A DNA stretch of 64,000 nucleotides from a virus. Its lineage: Duplodnaviria > Caudoviricetes. The first letter of the stretch is position 1. Each line of letters starts with the position of its first letter. The stretch lies in the IMG/VR virus record IMGVR_UViG_3300029305_001653, positions 32,001 through 96,000 of that record. One strand, written 5' to 3'. Both the position numbers and the translations under genes were made by a program. Below the pieces are notes generated by a model, which was given only the letters and a program-made list of their open reading frames with translations, did no database searches and had not been told where the DNA came from. Shown here one piece after another: positions 1 to 8,670 of the stretch.

Positions 1-27
1 TACATATGTAGATAGTAGAGAGGCATT

Positions 28-504
28 ATGGATACCTTAAAGAAAATAATAGCAGAAGCATTTAAGTATAAATACATCTCCGAGTCTGCCGTAGAGTGGA
101 TAGGAGGGCATCCATGGGACGATGACTTATTTCATAAGAATGCTGAGAAATTTGGATTGTCCGTAGAACAAGAATTTATATCTGTCCGAGGTAAGTCTCT
201 AGAATTTGACTATGTAGTACTAAATACTCCTACTGTATTCTATCATGCTACTCCAAAAGAGAATGTAGAGAAGATTAAGAAAGAAGGTCTTCTACTATCT
301 AATTCTGCGGAACAGTCAAGAGGTAAATATGTAGTAGGTGTATTCTTATCAGGGTCTAGTGAAGGTATCTCCAGATGGAGAGGAGATAATACTGCTGTAT
401 TAAAGATAATCCTCCCTAGAGGTACTAAAGTATATCAAGATAGACAATCTAATGCAGTTTTCGTTAGAGAAAATATCCCTAGCAAATTTATTTCAGTAAA
501 TTAA
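28..504 (+). CDS. ADP-ribosyltransferase-fold protein (Tpt1/KptA-like, H-x-T type), possibly head-packaged
   Basis: FYHATPKENVEKIKKEGL, GVFLS, AVLKI and terminal NIPSKFI follow the Tpt1/KptA-like ART pattern; N-terminus ...KKIIAEAFKYKYISE-S resembles leader of 6497. Confidence 0.55.
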   Translation: MDTLKKIIAEAFKYKYISESAVEWIGGHPWDDDLFHKNAEKFGLSVEQEFISVRGKSLEFDYVVLNTPTVFYHATPKENVEKIKKEGLLLSNSAEQSRGKYVVGVFLSGSSEGISRWRGDNTAVLKIILPRGTKVYQDRQSNAVFVRENIPSKFISVN

Positions 505-543
505 AGGGATTCTAGTGTATTCGACGTATTATAATAATGTAAG
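505..543 (+). promoter_or_regulatory. Conserved bipartite phage promoter, copy 1 (upstream of SigH-like sigma)
   Basis: AGGGATT-N12-ACGTATTATAATAATGTAAG; one of six copies with identical spacing. Confidence 0.85.
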
Positions 544-564
544 CAATCCAAGAGGAGGATTAGG

Positions 565-1674
565 ATGAATAGTATTAATAATATAGTGAAGAAGCTTCGA
601 GAAAATCGAATATTAAATGAGCGTGAGGACTATAGTAAGTATCCAAGAGATAAGTTAATCTCTCTAGCACAAGATGGAGATCAACTTGCTGTCGAGACTC
701 TTATCTCTACTCATGAAGATTTCATAAAGAGAATGAGTAGTAAGTACTTCCTAGGTAGTGGAGATAAAGAAGATGTGGAACAGATAGCTACTATTGCTTT
801 CTGGGATGCTATCAATACTTACGACCCTAAGATTAGTGGAGATTTCGAAGCTTATGCAGGTAGGACTATTAAACGTAGGATGTCTGATGAGATACGTAAA
901 GAAGCAACTGATAAACGTCAAGCTAATAACTTAGCTACTTCTCTTGATGAGCCTGTAGCTAGTGATGATGAAGGTGGAGAGAGTACTCTAGGTTCTACAT
1001 TATCTTCTCAGGTATCTACAGAAGAAGAGTATCTAGGAAAGTTTGGAGCTCGAGATATAATGAAGTTCATAGAGAATAACTTATCTGATACTGAAAGAGA
1101 AGTTATAAAGAAGTATATTCAAGGTTATAAAATCCCTGAGATAGTGGAGGAGATGGACATGAAGTATAAGAGTGTAGAGAATGCTATCTTGAGAGTGAAG
1201 AATAAACTTGCAGAGCATATGAGAAGATCTCACAGTGAGTCAAAGAAACTGAAAGAGGATAATTCCTTAGAGTTCACAGAAGAAGAGAAGCAGGTACTCT
1301 CTAGCATCTTCGGTAAGATAGAGGAGAAAATTTCTATCAGTGAATCTGTACGTAGTGAGCTTGCAGCTACTTATGAGAAGTATACAGAAGAGCAGTTCGA
1401 TTATGAATTAGAAGATATCGAGGATGATGTAGAGGAGATATTATCCGAGTTAGAGGATACTGACTATGATAGCAGAGATGATCTAATTGATTCTTTAGGA
1501 GATCTAAGAGTTAAGCTCTTGACTATGGAGGAGTTCCTGAGTGATGAGCAATATGAAGTATCAGAGAAAATATTAAGTAATATTCGTAATGCCGAGAATG
1601 TAGAATTCAGAGGAGATACTCCTGACGTAGATCCTTACAGAGATAGAGGATTACGTCAGTCAGATTTTGTATAA
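565..1674 (+). CDS. Sigma-70 family RNA polymerase sigma factor, SigH-like, with N-terminal leader and acidic C-terminal extension
   Basis: LISLAQDGDQLAVETL, SKYFLGSGDKEDVEQ..IAFWDAINTYD (region 2), SLDEPV, LSDTEREVIKKYIQGYKIPEIVEEMDMKYKSVENAILRVKNKL (region 4, close to the SigH KSIDNALQRVKRKL pattern); GGAGG RBS. Confidence 0.9.
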   Translation: MNSINNIVKKLRENRILNEREDYSKYPRDKLISLAQDGDQLAVETLISTHEDFIKRMSSKYFLGSGDKEDVEQIATIAFWDAINTYDPKISGDFEAYAGRTIKRRMSDEIRKEATDKRQANNLATSLDEPVASDDEGGESTLGSTLSSQVSTEEEYLGKFGARDIMKFIENNLSDTEREVIKKYIQGYKIPEIVEEMDMKYKSVENAILRVKNKLAEHMRRSHSESKKLKEDNSLEFTEEEKQVLSSIFGKIEEKISISESVRSELAATYEKYTEEQFDYELEDIEDDVEEILSELEDTDYDSRDDLIDSLGDLRVKLLTMEEFLSDEQYEVSEKILSNIRNAENVEFRGDTPDVDPYRDRGLRQSDFV

Positions 1675-1695
1675 TTCAGGAGGGAGAGATTGATT

Positions 1696-2694
1696 ATGAG
1701 CATTGACAATATAGTGAAGAGACTTAGAGAGTCTAGATTAAATGAAGAATCTAAAAAGTATGAATATAAGTTCGATATTCCGTGGAGAGAATCCATGAGT
1801 AATGAGTATGATGAGATGTATCATTACTATCCTAATATGGAATATGCAGATAGAATCATGAAGTCAGCAATCGCAGATTTCAATGATATAGACTGGTCAG
1901 AGTATACTTCCTCAGATGATCGTACAGAAGATTGTAATATCATCCGTATGACTATGGACTTTGATAGTAAAGGAAACTGCGTCATCACAGTAGTTACTAA
2001 TACTGTATGGGATGATGAACAGATCCAGTCTGTCATGGACTATCTTGAAGGTCAGATGAGTGATGGCTGGGGAGAAGGATTTGAGCAGAGAGAAGTTGCT
2101 CAAGAAACTGACTATGAAGAAGAGTGGGTAGAAGATGAAGAGGAAGAAGATGGAGGATACTATACAGAGAATAGGATTGTAAAGTATTACTATGGTCAAT
2201 TCTGGTGGAGTAGTAGGAGTAATCCGTGGACTATTACACTCCTCAGTACTCCTCATGATAAGAACATGCCTACGAATGAATCTAATAGTATCTCCATGGA
2301 ATTCGCTACAGATTCTGAAGCTCATGAGTGGGCAGAGGAGAATGGTTATCAAGTAGATAAGATTCAGCAAGGTAAGGGAGATAAGTCTTGTATCTGTTGG
2401 ATGAGTAAGATTGAGGAGTCTTCAGATTATCTGAATTCATTTAGTAAAGATGTCATGAGAGCAGTCAATAGTGAAGCTCCTAGTGCTCTTCACTGGAAAG
2501 ATGGAGACCTTGTTCAGAATACTAAAACTAATATAGTAGCTACTTTTAGAGGATATGAAAAGAACTCTATTACAGGTACGTATAGAGCAGTATTTGAGTA
2601 CGAAGATGACGGAGATTCTGTTATTGATAAAATCCCTCTCAAGACATTACAGTCAGATATCAAAAGTAAAATTTTAGTAAAGGTAATGAAATAG
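1696..2694 (+). CDS. Putative internal head (poly)protein with leader MSIDNIVKRLRESRLNE
   Basis: ATG at 1696 fits RBS better than TTG 1690; shared leader; internal TNE-S and IEE-S sites; conserved-looking GQMSDGWGEGFEQRE motif. Confidence 0.55.
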   Translation: MSIDNIVKRLRESRLNEESKKYEYKFDIPWRESMSNEYDEMYHYYPNMEYADRIMKSAIADFNDIDWSEYTSSDDRTEDCNIIRMTMDFDSKGNCVITVVTNTVWDDEQIQSVMDYLEGQMSDGWGEGFEQREVAQETDYEEEWVEDEEEEDGGYYTENRIVKYYYGQFWWSSRSNPWTITLLSTPHDKNMPTNESNSISMEFATDSEAHEWAEENGYQVDKIQQGKGDKSCICWMSKIEESSDYLNSFSKDVMRAVNSEAPSALHWKDGDLVQNTKTNIVATFRGYEKNSITGTYRAVFEYEDDGDSVIDKIPLKTLQSDIKSKILVKVMK

Positions 2695-2717
2695 ATTGAT
2701 CGTAGGTGGTGGAGGAT

Positions 2718-4631
2718 ATGCGTAATTTAAGTAGTATCCCTCAAATTAAGAATCTTAATGAAGAAGAGAGTAGACTATTCTATGCTATTCTGTCAGCGTC
2801 ATCTAATAGATCTTCCTTAGATCTGTCTCCTATTGAAAATTTGTACAAGGTAGACTATGATGAGATCCCTGTATCTATAGATGAATTCCTAGAGAATGAT
2901 TACTATCTAGGAAAAGTATATAATAATGGTAAAAATATCTATCCTTACTGGAGAAATTTCCTACATAACTTCTTCCATGATAATCCAGAGAAGGCTTTCG
3001 AAGTAGCGTTAACAGGAGCTATCGGTGTCGGTAAGACAACTATCGCATCGATAGCTCTTATCTACTTAATATACAAAACTCTTTGTCTCAAAGATCCTCA
3101 AAAATTCTATGGACTATCTGCTAACTCTCCTATCGTATTCGTAGTAATGAATTTAACTTTAGAGTTGGCTTATAGCGGTCTTTATTCCTTGATAGTAGAA
3201 GCTATTAGATTGTCTCCTTGGTTCTGTGAAAGAGTAGATATAAGAGGTAAGTATGAATTCTCTATCACATTCCCTAAGAATGTAGCACTTATGGCTGGAT
3301 CTCAAACTACTCACACAATAGGTAAGAACGTATTAGGAGCTGTACTCGATGAAGTTAACTTCAGTAGTGCTCCTAAAGGTTCTAAAAATTCAGTGATGGA
3401 TATGTATCGTAATATTCGTAGACGTCTTGAGTCTCGATTCTTGAAGCAAGGTCGTATGCCAGGTATCCTGATGATGGTATCTTCTAAGAATACAGAGTTA
3501 GACTTCTTGGAGCAGTATATACAGAGTATCAAACATCAGAAGACTACATGGGTAGTAGATGAACCTGTATATAATATCAAACCTCCAGAGACATACATAG
3601 GTACTAGATTCAAAGTGGCTGTAGGTGATAAAACTAAAGAAAGTTATCTAGTAAAAGAAACAGATGATATAGATGAGATTTTGAGTAGAGGTTATCGTAT
3701 TATAGAAGTACCTACAGAGTATAGAGTAGCATTTGAGCAGGATATTAATGATGCCTTGAAGGACATAGCAGGTATCTCTGCTGTATCCACTAGTAAATTA
3801 ATTCCATATGCTGGACGTATAGATATATGCTTCGATAGTAAACGAAAGTCTCCATTCTATACAGAAGAGATTCAGTTAGGATTAGATAGTATCGATGATA
3901 TAAAAGACTTCTTGGAGGATCTTTCTATTCTAAGAAGAAATCTTAATAAACCAAGATTCGCTCATATAGATATAGGATTAAAGGGAGACAGATTAGGATT
4001 AGCAATCGCTCATAGTAGTAAGTCTATTACAGTAGATAGATATACAGCTACAGGAGCTATAGATAAAGTATCCGAGAATTTGTACGATATTGATTTAATG
4101 CTTTCTATAAAAGCATTACCTGGTAGCGAGATACCTCTCTTTAAAGTACGTGAATTTCTCATATGGCTCAATTCATATATAGGATATAAATTTAAGAAGA
4201 TTACTTTCGACGGATTCCAGTCTGCTGATAGTATCCAGTTATTGCAGATATCAGGATTACCTTCAGGATTGTTGTCTGTAGATAGGACTGATATCCCTTA
4301 TTTAAATCTTCGAGCTTGTATACTAGAACAGAGATTAGTAGGATACTACAATAGTATTTTACTAGAGGAATTACGTGACCTAGAGTATGACAGGAGAGCT
4401 AAAAAGGTAGACCATCCGATAGTTAAGTACGATGGTAGTCCTGGCTCAAAAGACTTATCTGATGCTCTTTGCGGAGCAGTATATAATGCTCAAGAATATT
4501 ATTCGAAGCAGAAAAATAATCATATCTCTAAAGAGACTAATGTTAATGCAGCTATGGATGCTTTAGCTAGACTAAAGAATCTGCGTAATATAGAGAAGAG
4601 TAAAGAGTATGATTGGGTACTATATGATTAA
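2718..4631 (+). CDS. terL: Terminase large subunit
   Basis: Walker A TGAIGVGKTT, Walker B AVLDE, nuclease motifs HIDIGLKGD, TFDGFQS, SKDLSDAL; ATG 2718 preferred over GTG 2706. Confidence 0.9.
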   Translation: MRNLSSIPQIKNLNEEESRLFYAILSASSNRSSLDLSPIENLYKVDYDEIPVSIDEFLENDYYLGKVYNNGKNIYPYWRNFLHNFFHDNPEKAFEVALTGAIGVGKTTIASIALIYLIYKTLCLKDPQKFYGLSANSPIVFVVMNLTLELAYSGLYSLIVEAIRLSPWFCERVDIRGKYEFSITFPKNVALMAGSQTTHTIGKNVLGAVLDEVNFSSAPKGSKNSVMDMYRNIRRRLESRFLKQGRMPGILMMVSSKNTELDFLEQYIQSIKHQKTTWVVDEPVYNIKPPETYIGTRFKVAVGDKTKESYLVKETDDIDEILSRGYRIIEVPTEYRVAFEQDINDALKDIAGISAVSTSKLIPYAGRIDICFDSKRKSPFYTEEIQLGLDSIDDIKDFLEDLSILRRNLNKPRFAHIDIGLKGDRLGLAIAHSSKSITVDRYTATGAIDKVSENLYDIDLMLSIKALPGSEIPLFKVREFLIWLNSYIGYKFKKITFDGFQSADSIQLLQISGLPSGLLSVDRTDIPYLNLRACILEQRLVGYYNSILLEELRDLEYDRRAKKVDHPIVKYDGSPGSKDLSDALCGAVYNAQEYYSKQKNNHISKETNVNAAMDALARLKNLRNIEKSKEYDWVLYD

Positions 4632-4651
4632 ACAGGAGGTGAAGATTTTCT

Positions 4652-5599
4652 ATGAATTGTATATCTGAGATACTGCAATCTCTCAGAGAAAGTAGGGTCA
4701 GAGAAACTGTATTCGTCTATAAAGGTGCAGAGTATGAGAATAGATATGGGAATTATTATAGAAATCATAAACCTATCTCTAAGAAAGAGTATCATATTGC
4801 TCGGAGAGGGATACTATCTCAGAAAGACACACAAGGTACTATAGAGTATAGATTGAATTTACCTTACAAAGAATTCGCTAAGAAGATAGAGGATTTTCAA
4901 GAATTCATAGATGAGCTAGAGTATGACAAGGAGTACGAATTACCTAGAGAGACAAGAGGTCATCTTCCTAGGATAGATCCTTATGATGAGTATGAGAGAG
5001 TAGCTCAGATCATGGAAGATACTCAGATGTCTAAATTTGAAGCTTCTCAGGTAAATGATATCCTTTCTAGATATACATCTACTGATAGTTATACTACATT
5101 CTCAGATGAAGAAAAAGAGCTGTTAGATACTTACATAGATACTTCACCTATTTACTCTCCTCCTCCTGTATATAGAGGATTAGGGTTTAGAAAAAGATTA
5201 GGAGACGATAGTCTTAGTGGGTATAAATTGTTCTTAGATTTAGAAGAAGGTAGTGTAATTTCCTCTGAGAATTATTCATCTTTCAGTAGTAATCTTGATG
5301 TTGCAGTAGCATTTGCGAGTACTCACGGAGACTATCATGTGTACATCGTTAATACTAAGAATTTGTCTGGAGTAAGTATAGACCATTTATCTTCTATAGA
5401 CTACAATGAAGATGAGTTAATTTACAAAGCTAATACTAATATGACTGTCTTGAAGAAATTAGTGAAAGACAATATAGTTTATCTTCACGTTATAGAGTCT
5501 CCTATAGAAGAAGATTCAGAGGAAGAGATAATAAAAGTACCTCTACAAGGTAGTATGTTTATAGAGGAAGGAAGAAATTATGCGAGAAATCATAGATAG
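4652..5599 (+). CDS. R-S-E clade ADP-ribosyltransferase (Alt/ModA/VIP2-like) with leader MNCISEILQSLRESRVRE
   Basis: PVYRG, NYSSFSSNLDVAVAFA, GVSIDHLS, NEDELI (ExE, typical of arginine-specific ARTs). Confidence 0.8.
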   Translation: MNCISEILQSLRESRVRETVFVYKGAEYENRYGNYYRNHKPISKKEYHIARRGILSQKDTQGTIEYRLNLPYKEFAKKIEDFQEFIDELEYDKEYELPRETRGHLPRIDPYDEYERVAQIMEDTQMSKFEASQVNDILSRYTSTDSYTTFSDEEKELLDTYIDTSPIYSPPPVYRGLGFRKRLGDDSLSGYKLFLDLEEGSVISSENYSSFSSNLDVAVAFASTHGDYHVYIVNTKNLSGVSIDHLSSIDYNEDELIYKANTNMTVLKKLVKDNIVYLHVIESPIEEDSEEEIIKVPLQGSMFIEEGRNYARNHR

Positions 5600-6080
5600 A
5601 CTAAGGACTAGTCGTATAGACGAAGCTAGGAAGAAAGTAGCTTTAGAAGCTCTAGCTACAGAGTTAAAAGATAAGTTATCTAAAGTAGAAGGTTACTCTC
5701 ATCATAAATTATCTATATCTCCGAACTACGATGAAGGATGCGTAGATGTACTATTCAGAGGTACTGATGATGCTTTTAGAGTATACCCTCAGAAGACTAA
5801 GATCTCTAATGAGAATTCTAATAAAGTAATATCTGTATCTTCTATAGATGGAGCTTATATATTAGGTACTAAAGTATATGATGAGGAAGGTAATTTGTTA
5901 GGAGAAGCTTTAGTAAGAACAAAAGCTGTACATAACAAATCAGATTACTCTGAGGACTTAACAAAAGCTGAGTATCGTTTTAATTCTAAGATTACTAATC
6001 TTCAGAAGTTAGAAAAGTATATAGCTAGGGAAGCTATTAATAATATGGAAAAGAACTCTAGAAAGAGAAGGGATTCTTAG
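5580..6080 (+). CDS. Hypothetical protein with leader MREIIDRLRTSRIDE (putative internal head protein)
   Basis: ORF plus shared leader motif. Confidence 0.55.
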   Translation: MREIIDRLRTSRIDEARKKVALEALATELKDKLSKVEGYSHHKLSISPNYDEGCVDVLFRGTDDAFRVYPQKTKISNENSNKVISVSSIDGAYILGTKVYDEEGNLLGEALVRTKAVHNKSDYSEDLTKAEYRFNSKITNLQKLEKYIAREAINNMEKNSRKRRDS

Positions 6081-6107
6081 TTGTATCACGTATTATAATA
6101 ATGTAAG
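6069..6107 (+). promoter_or_regulatory. Conserved bipartite phage promoter, copy 2
   Basis: AGGGATT-N12-ACGTATTATAATAATGTAAG followed by TAAGG-GAAA-CCTTA hairpin. Confidence 0.85.
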
Positions 6108-6139
6108 GGAAACCTTATAATAATAAAAGGAGAGATAAT

Positions 6140-6442
6140 ATGTATATTGAACCTACAAAAGAAGTAAAAGAAGGCTCTATTTTTGATATTCATGAAGATG
6201 CTATGGATATATTACTCTATCCTGCTAGTGAAGACGTACCCTGTCCTTGGGATGCAGATATCATTATCAAAGATGGAGAAGTTATCCTCTCTGGAGGACT
6301 AGGACCTGGATTCTTCGGAGGAGCTAAATGTATCTGTAATTGTACTATAGGTAGATTTTCTCAGTTCTACAAGTTAGAGGTACCTGAAGATAATGAAGAA
6401 CTTATTGATGCTTTAACTTCTGCAGGATGGGAAGTAGTGTAA
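6140..6442 (+). CDS. Hypothetical acidic protein in its own promoter-gene-terminator unit
   Basis: AAAGGAG RBS; flanked by promoter copy 2 and a hairpin. Confidence 0.65.
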   Translation: MYIEPTKEVKEGSIFDIHEDAMDILLYPASEDVPCPWDADIIIKDGEVILSGGLGPGFFGGAKCICNCTIGRFSQFYKLEVPEDNEELIDALTSAGWEVV

Positions 6443-6453
6443 TTCATGTCGAT

Positions 6454-6486
6454 ATAAAAGAAGAGTATCAGATACTCTTCTTTTAT
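6454..6486. terminator. Intrinsic terminator-like palindrome
   Basis: ATAAAAGAAGAGTATC-A-GATACTCTTCTTTTAT. Confidence 0.75.
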
Positions 6487-6496
6487 TTAAGAAGGA

Positions 6497-6877
6497 GTGA
6501 TATTGTTGACTATAGAAGAAAAGATTAAAGAAGCGTTCAAGAAAGATAAGTTACTGAAGGAAGCTTCTAAGTGGGATCCTGAAACTCATCCTAATATCTA
6601 TGAATTATCTAATTTCCTGAGGAAGTCAGGATACAAACTAGTAGATATTATCCCTCAGAATACTGAACTATTAATAGAACCTGTAGAGAAAACATATATG
6701 TATCCTGAGATATTACATGACGTACCTACTAAGAGTTTTCATATAAAAGTAGTAGAACATGGATTCTTGGTATCCTCCGATGTAGAGAGTGTAATATCAG
6801 GGTATGAAAATGCTCTAGGAGTAGTACGTCATCTTGAAGCTCTAGATCTTGACAAATTAGAAATTGAAGAGGAGTAG
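6497..6877 (+). CDS. Hypothetical protein with leader ..EKIKEAFKKDKLLKE-A (true start probably TTG 6503/6506)
   Basis: ORF with AAGGAG RBS; leader similar to that of ORF 28. Confidence 0.55.
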   Translation: MILLTIEEKIKEAFKKDKLLKEASKWDPETHPNIYELSNFLRKSGYKLVDIIPQNTELLIEPVEKTYMYPEILHDVPTKSFHIKVVEHGFLVSSDVESVISGYENALGVVRHLEALDLDKLEIEEE

Positions 6878-6952
6878 TTACTACTATACTACTTCCTAGC
6901 ATAGCAGATAAGAAAACCATTCACGTAAGTAAAGAAATAAAGGAGGTGAGGA

Positions 6953-8641
6953 GTGAAGATGGGATTATTCAGTAAATCTAAGAAGCCTACTCAATCAAAC
7001 TCTCTCCCTGATGAAGCTTCTCTTCTGAAATATATAGCTAATCTGACTCCTGAAGATATAGATCTTCTGAAAGATGCAGCTATCAATAGATACAATGTAA
7101 ACCCTGAAGAGAGAAGTAAATCTTTAACAGATTATTTTAATCTGTTAAATTCTGTATTTAACAATGTTAATTTCAACTCTACAGGAAATACTCCTCATAC
7201 TAGAAATCAAAGGTATGAGATATATGATGAGATGGATGAGAGTACAGCGTATATCTCTTCTGCACTAGATATCCTTTCTGATGACGCTACACAAGCAGAT
7301 GAAGAAGGTATTATCATACATATTAAGTCTGAGTCAGCTAAGATACAGACTTTAGTCTCTGAATTCTTCGAAGAATTCGAGATAGAAGATAAAATATCTA
7401 AGTGGACAAGAGCAGTTGCGAAGTACGGAGATCTATTCATCAAGGTAGGAGGAGAGTACGGAAGAGGAGTAACTCATGTTAATGATACTATCTATCCTAG
7501 TATCATTGAACGTAGAGATCTGAATGGTAAATTAGTAGCTTTTTCTAATAGTCAAGATTCTGTCTACTCTAATACAGACTTGTACGCTCCTTGGGAGTTC
7601 ATACATTTTAGACACAAGGGAGATATCTATAAGGAAGAGAGTACTCATACACGACTAGGGAATAATGATGATACATTCGATAAGAATTTAACATCTGCGT
7701 ATGGACAGTCTATACTACGTCCAGCTATAAAAGTATACGCTCAGTTAAGATTCGTCGAGAATATGATTCTTCTTTCTCGATTGACTAATAGTATTCGTAG
7801 AAATATATTTTTAATCAATGTAGGAGATGTATCTCCTGATAAAGCTTTTGAGACTATATCTAATTATGCTCGATTATTAAAAAAGGATATTAATTTAAAT
7901 ATTGAAGAAGGTATATACTCATCTTCCAAGCATACTGTAAATTATGATGAAGATATCTTCATTCCTGTAGGAGATCCTCAGAATGATGTACGTATAGAGT
8001 CTGTAGGAGGAGAAGTTAATATACAGGAGCAGTATGATTTAGAGTACCTACTAAATAAATTATTTTCTGCATTAAAAGTCCCTAAAGCTTATCTGAACTA
8101 TGAACAAGATCTAAATGCAAGATCTACTCTCATACAATTAGATATACGATATGCAAGATCAGTAAGTCAGTTACAGACTACTATGACTGCAGGATTACGT
8201 AGATTAGTTAAGATTCATTTAGCTTATCTAGGACTGAACCCAGATGAAGTAGATTTAGATATCACATTGACTCCTGTCTCTGCTATAGATGAAGAAGCTA
8301 GAGCAGAACAGCAGCAAAAACAGATATCTAATGCAAGAGACATGTGGGACGTATTAACTTCTATGAGAGATGGTATAGGAGAGACTGCAGAGCCTATGAA
8401 TATATCAGAAGCTGCAGAGCATATTATGAGTAAGTACCTTGAGTTAGACAAGTCTATTATAGATAAAATCTTTAATAGAGAGTCTGATATAAATCCTCCT
8501 ACTAGAGTATTCAGTCATAGAGAGTATAGAGGTACAGACTATAATGCTATGTATCCGTCTACTAGCAATCAGGAAAGATATGAGCAAATTAGAGAGTCTT
8601 TAATAGACTCTAAAATTAATAATACAGAACAAATTCACTAA
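6953..8641 (+). CDS. Portal protein (T4 gp20-like)
   Basis: RYEIYDEMD..ISSALDILSDDA, HFR, YGQSILRPA, ENMILLSRL..RNIFLINVG, LFSALKVPKAYL; position after terminase. Confidence 0.88.
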   Translation: MKMGLFSKSKKPTQSNSLPDEASLLKYIANLTPEDIDLLKDAAINRYNVNPEERSKSLTDYFNLLNSVFNNVNFNSTGNTPHTRNQRYEIYDEMDESTAYISSALDILSDDATQADEEGIIIHIKSESAKIQTLVSEFFEEFEIEDKISKWTRAVAKYGDLFIKVGGEYGRGVTHVNDTIYPSIIERRDLNGKLVAFSNSQDSVYSNTDLYAPWEFIHFRHKGDIYKEESTHTRLGNNDDTFDKNLTSAYGQSILRPAIKVYAQLRFVENMILLSRLTNSIRRNIFLINVGDVSPDKAFETISNYARLLKKDINLNIEEGIYSSSKHTVNYDEDIFIPVGDPQNDVRIESVGGEVNIQEQYDLEYLLNKLFSALKVPKAYLNYEQDLNARSTLIQLDIRYARSVSQLQTTMTAGLRRLVKIHLAYLGLNPDEVDLDITLTPVSAIDEEARAEQQQKQISNARDMWDVLTSMRDGIGETAEPMNISEAAEHIMSKYLELDKSIIDKIFNRESDINPPTRVFSHREYRGTDYNAMYPSTSNQERYEQIRESLIDSKINNTEQIH

Positions 8642-8670
8642 AGACTTTTAGAGAAGAGAGGTAAAATTCG

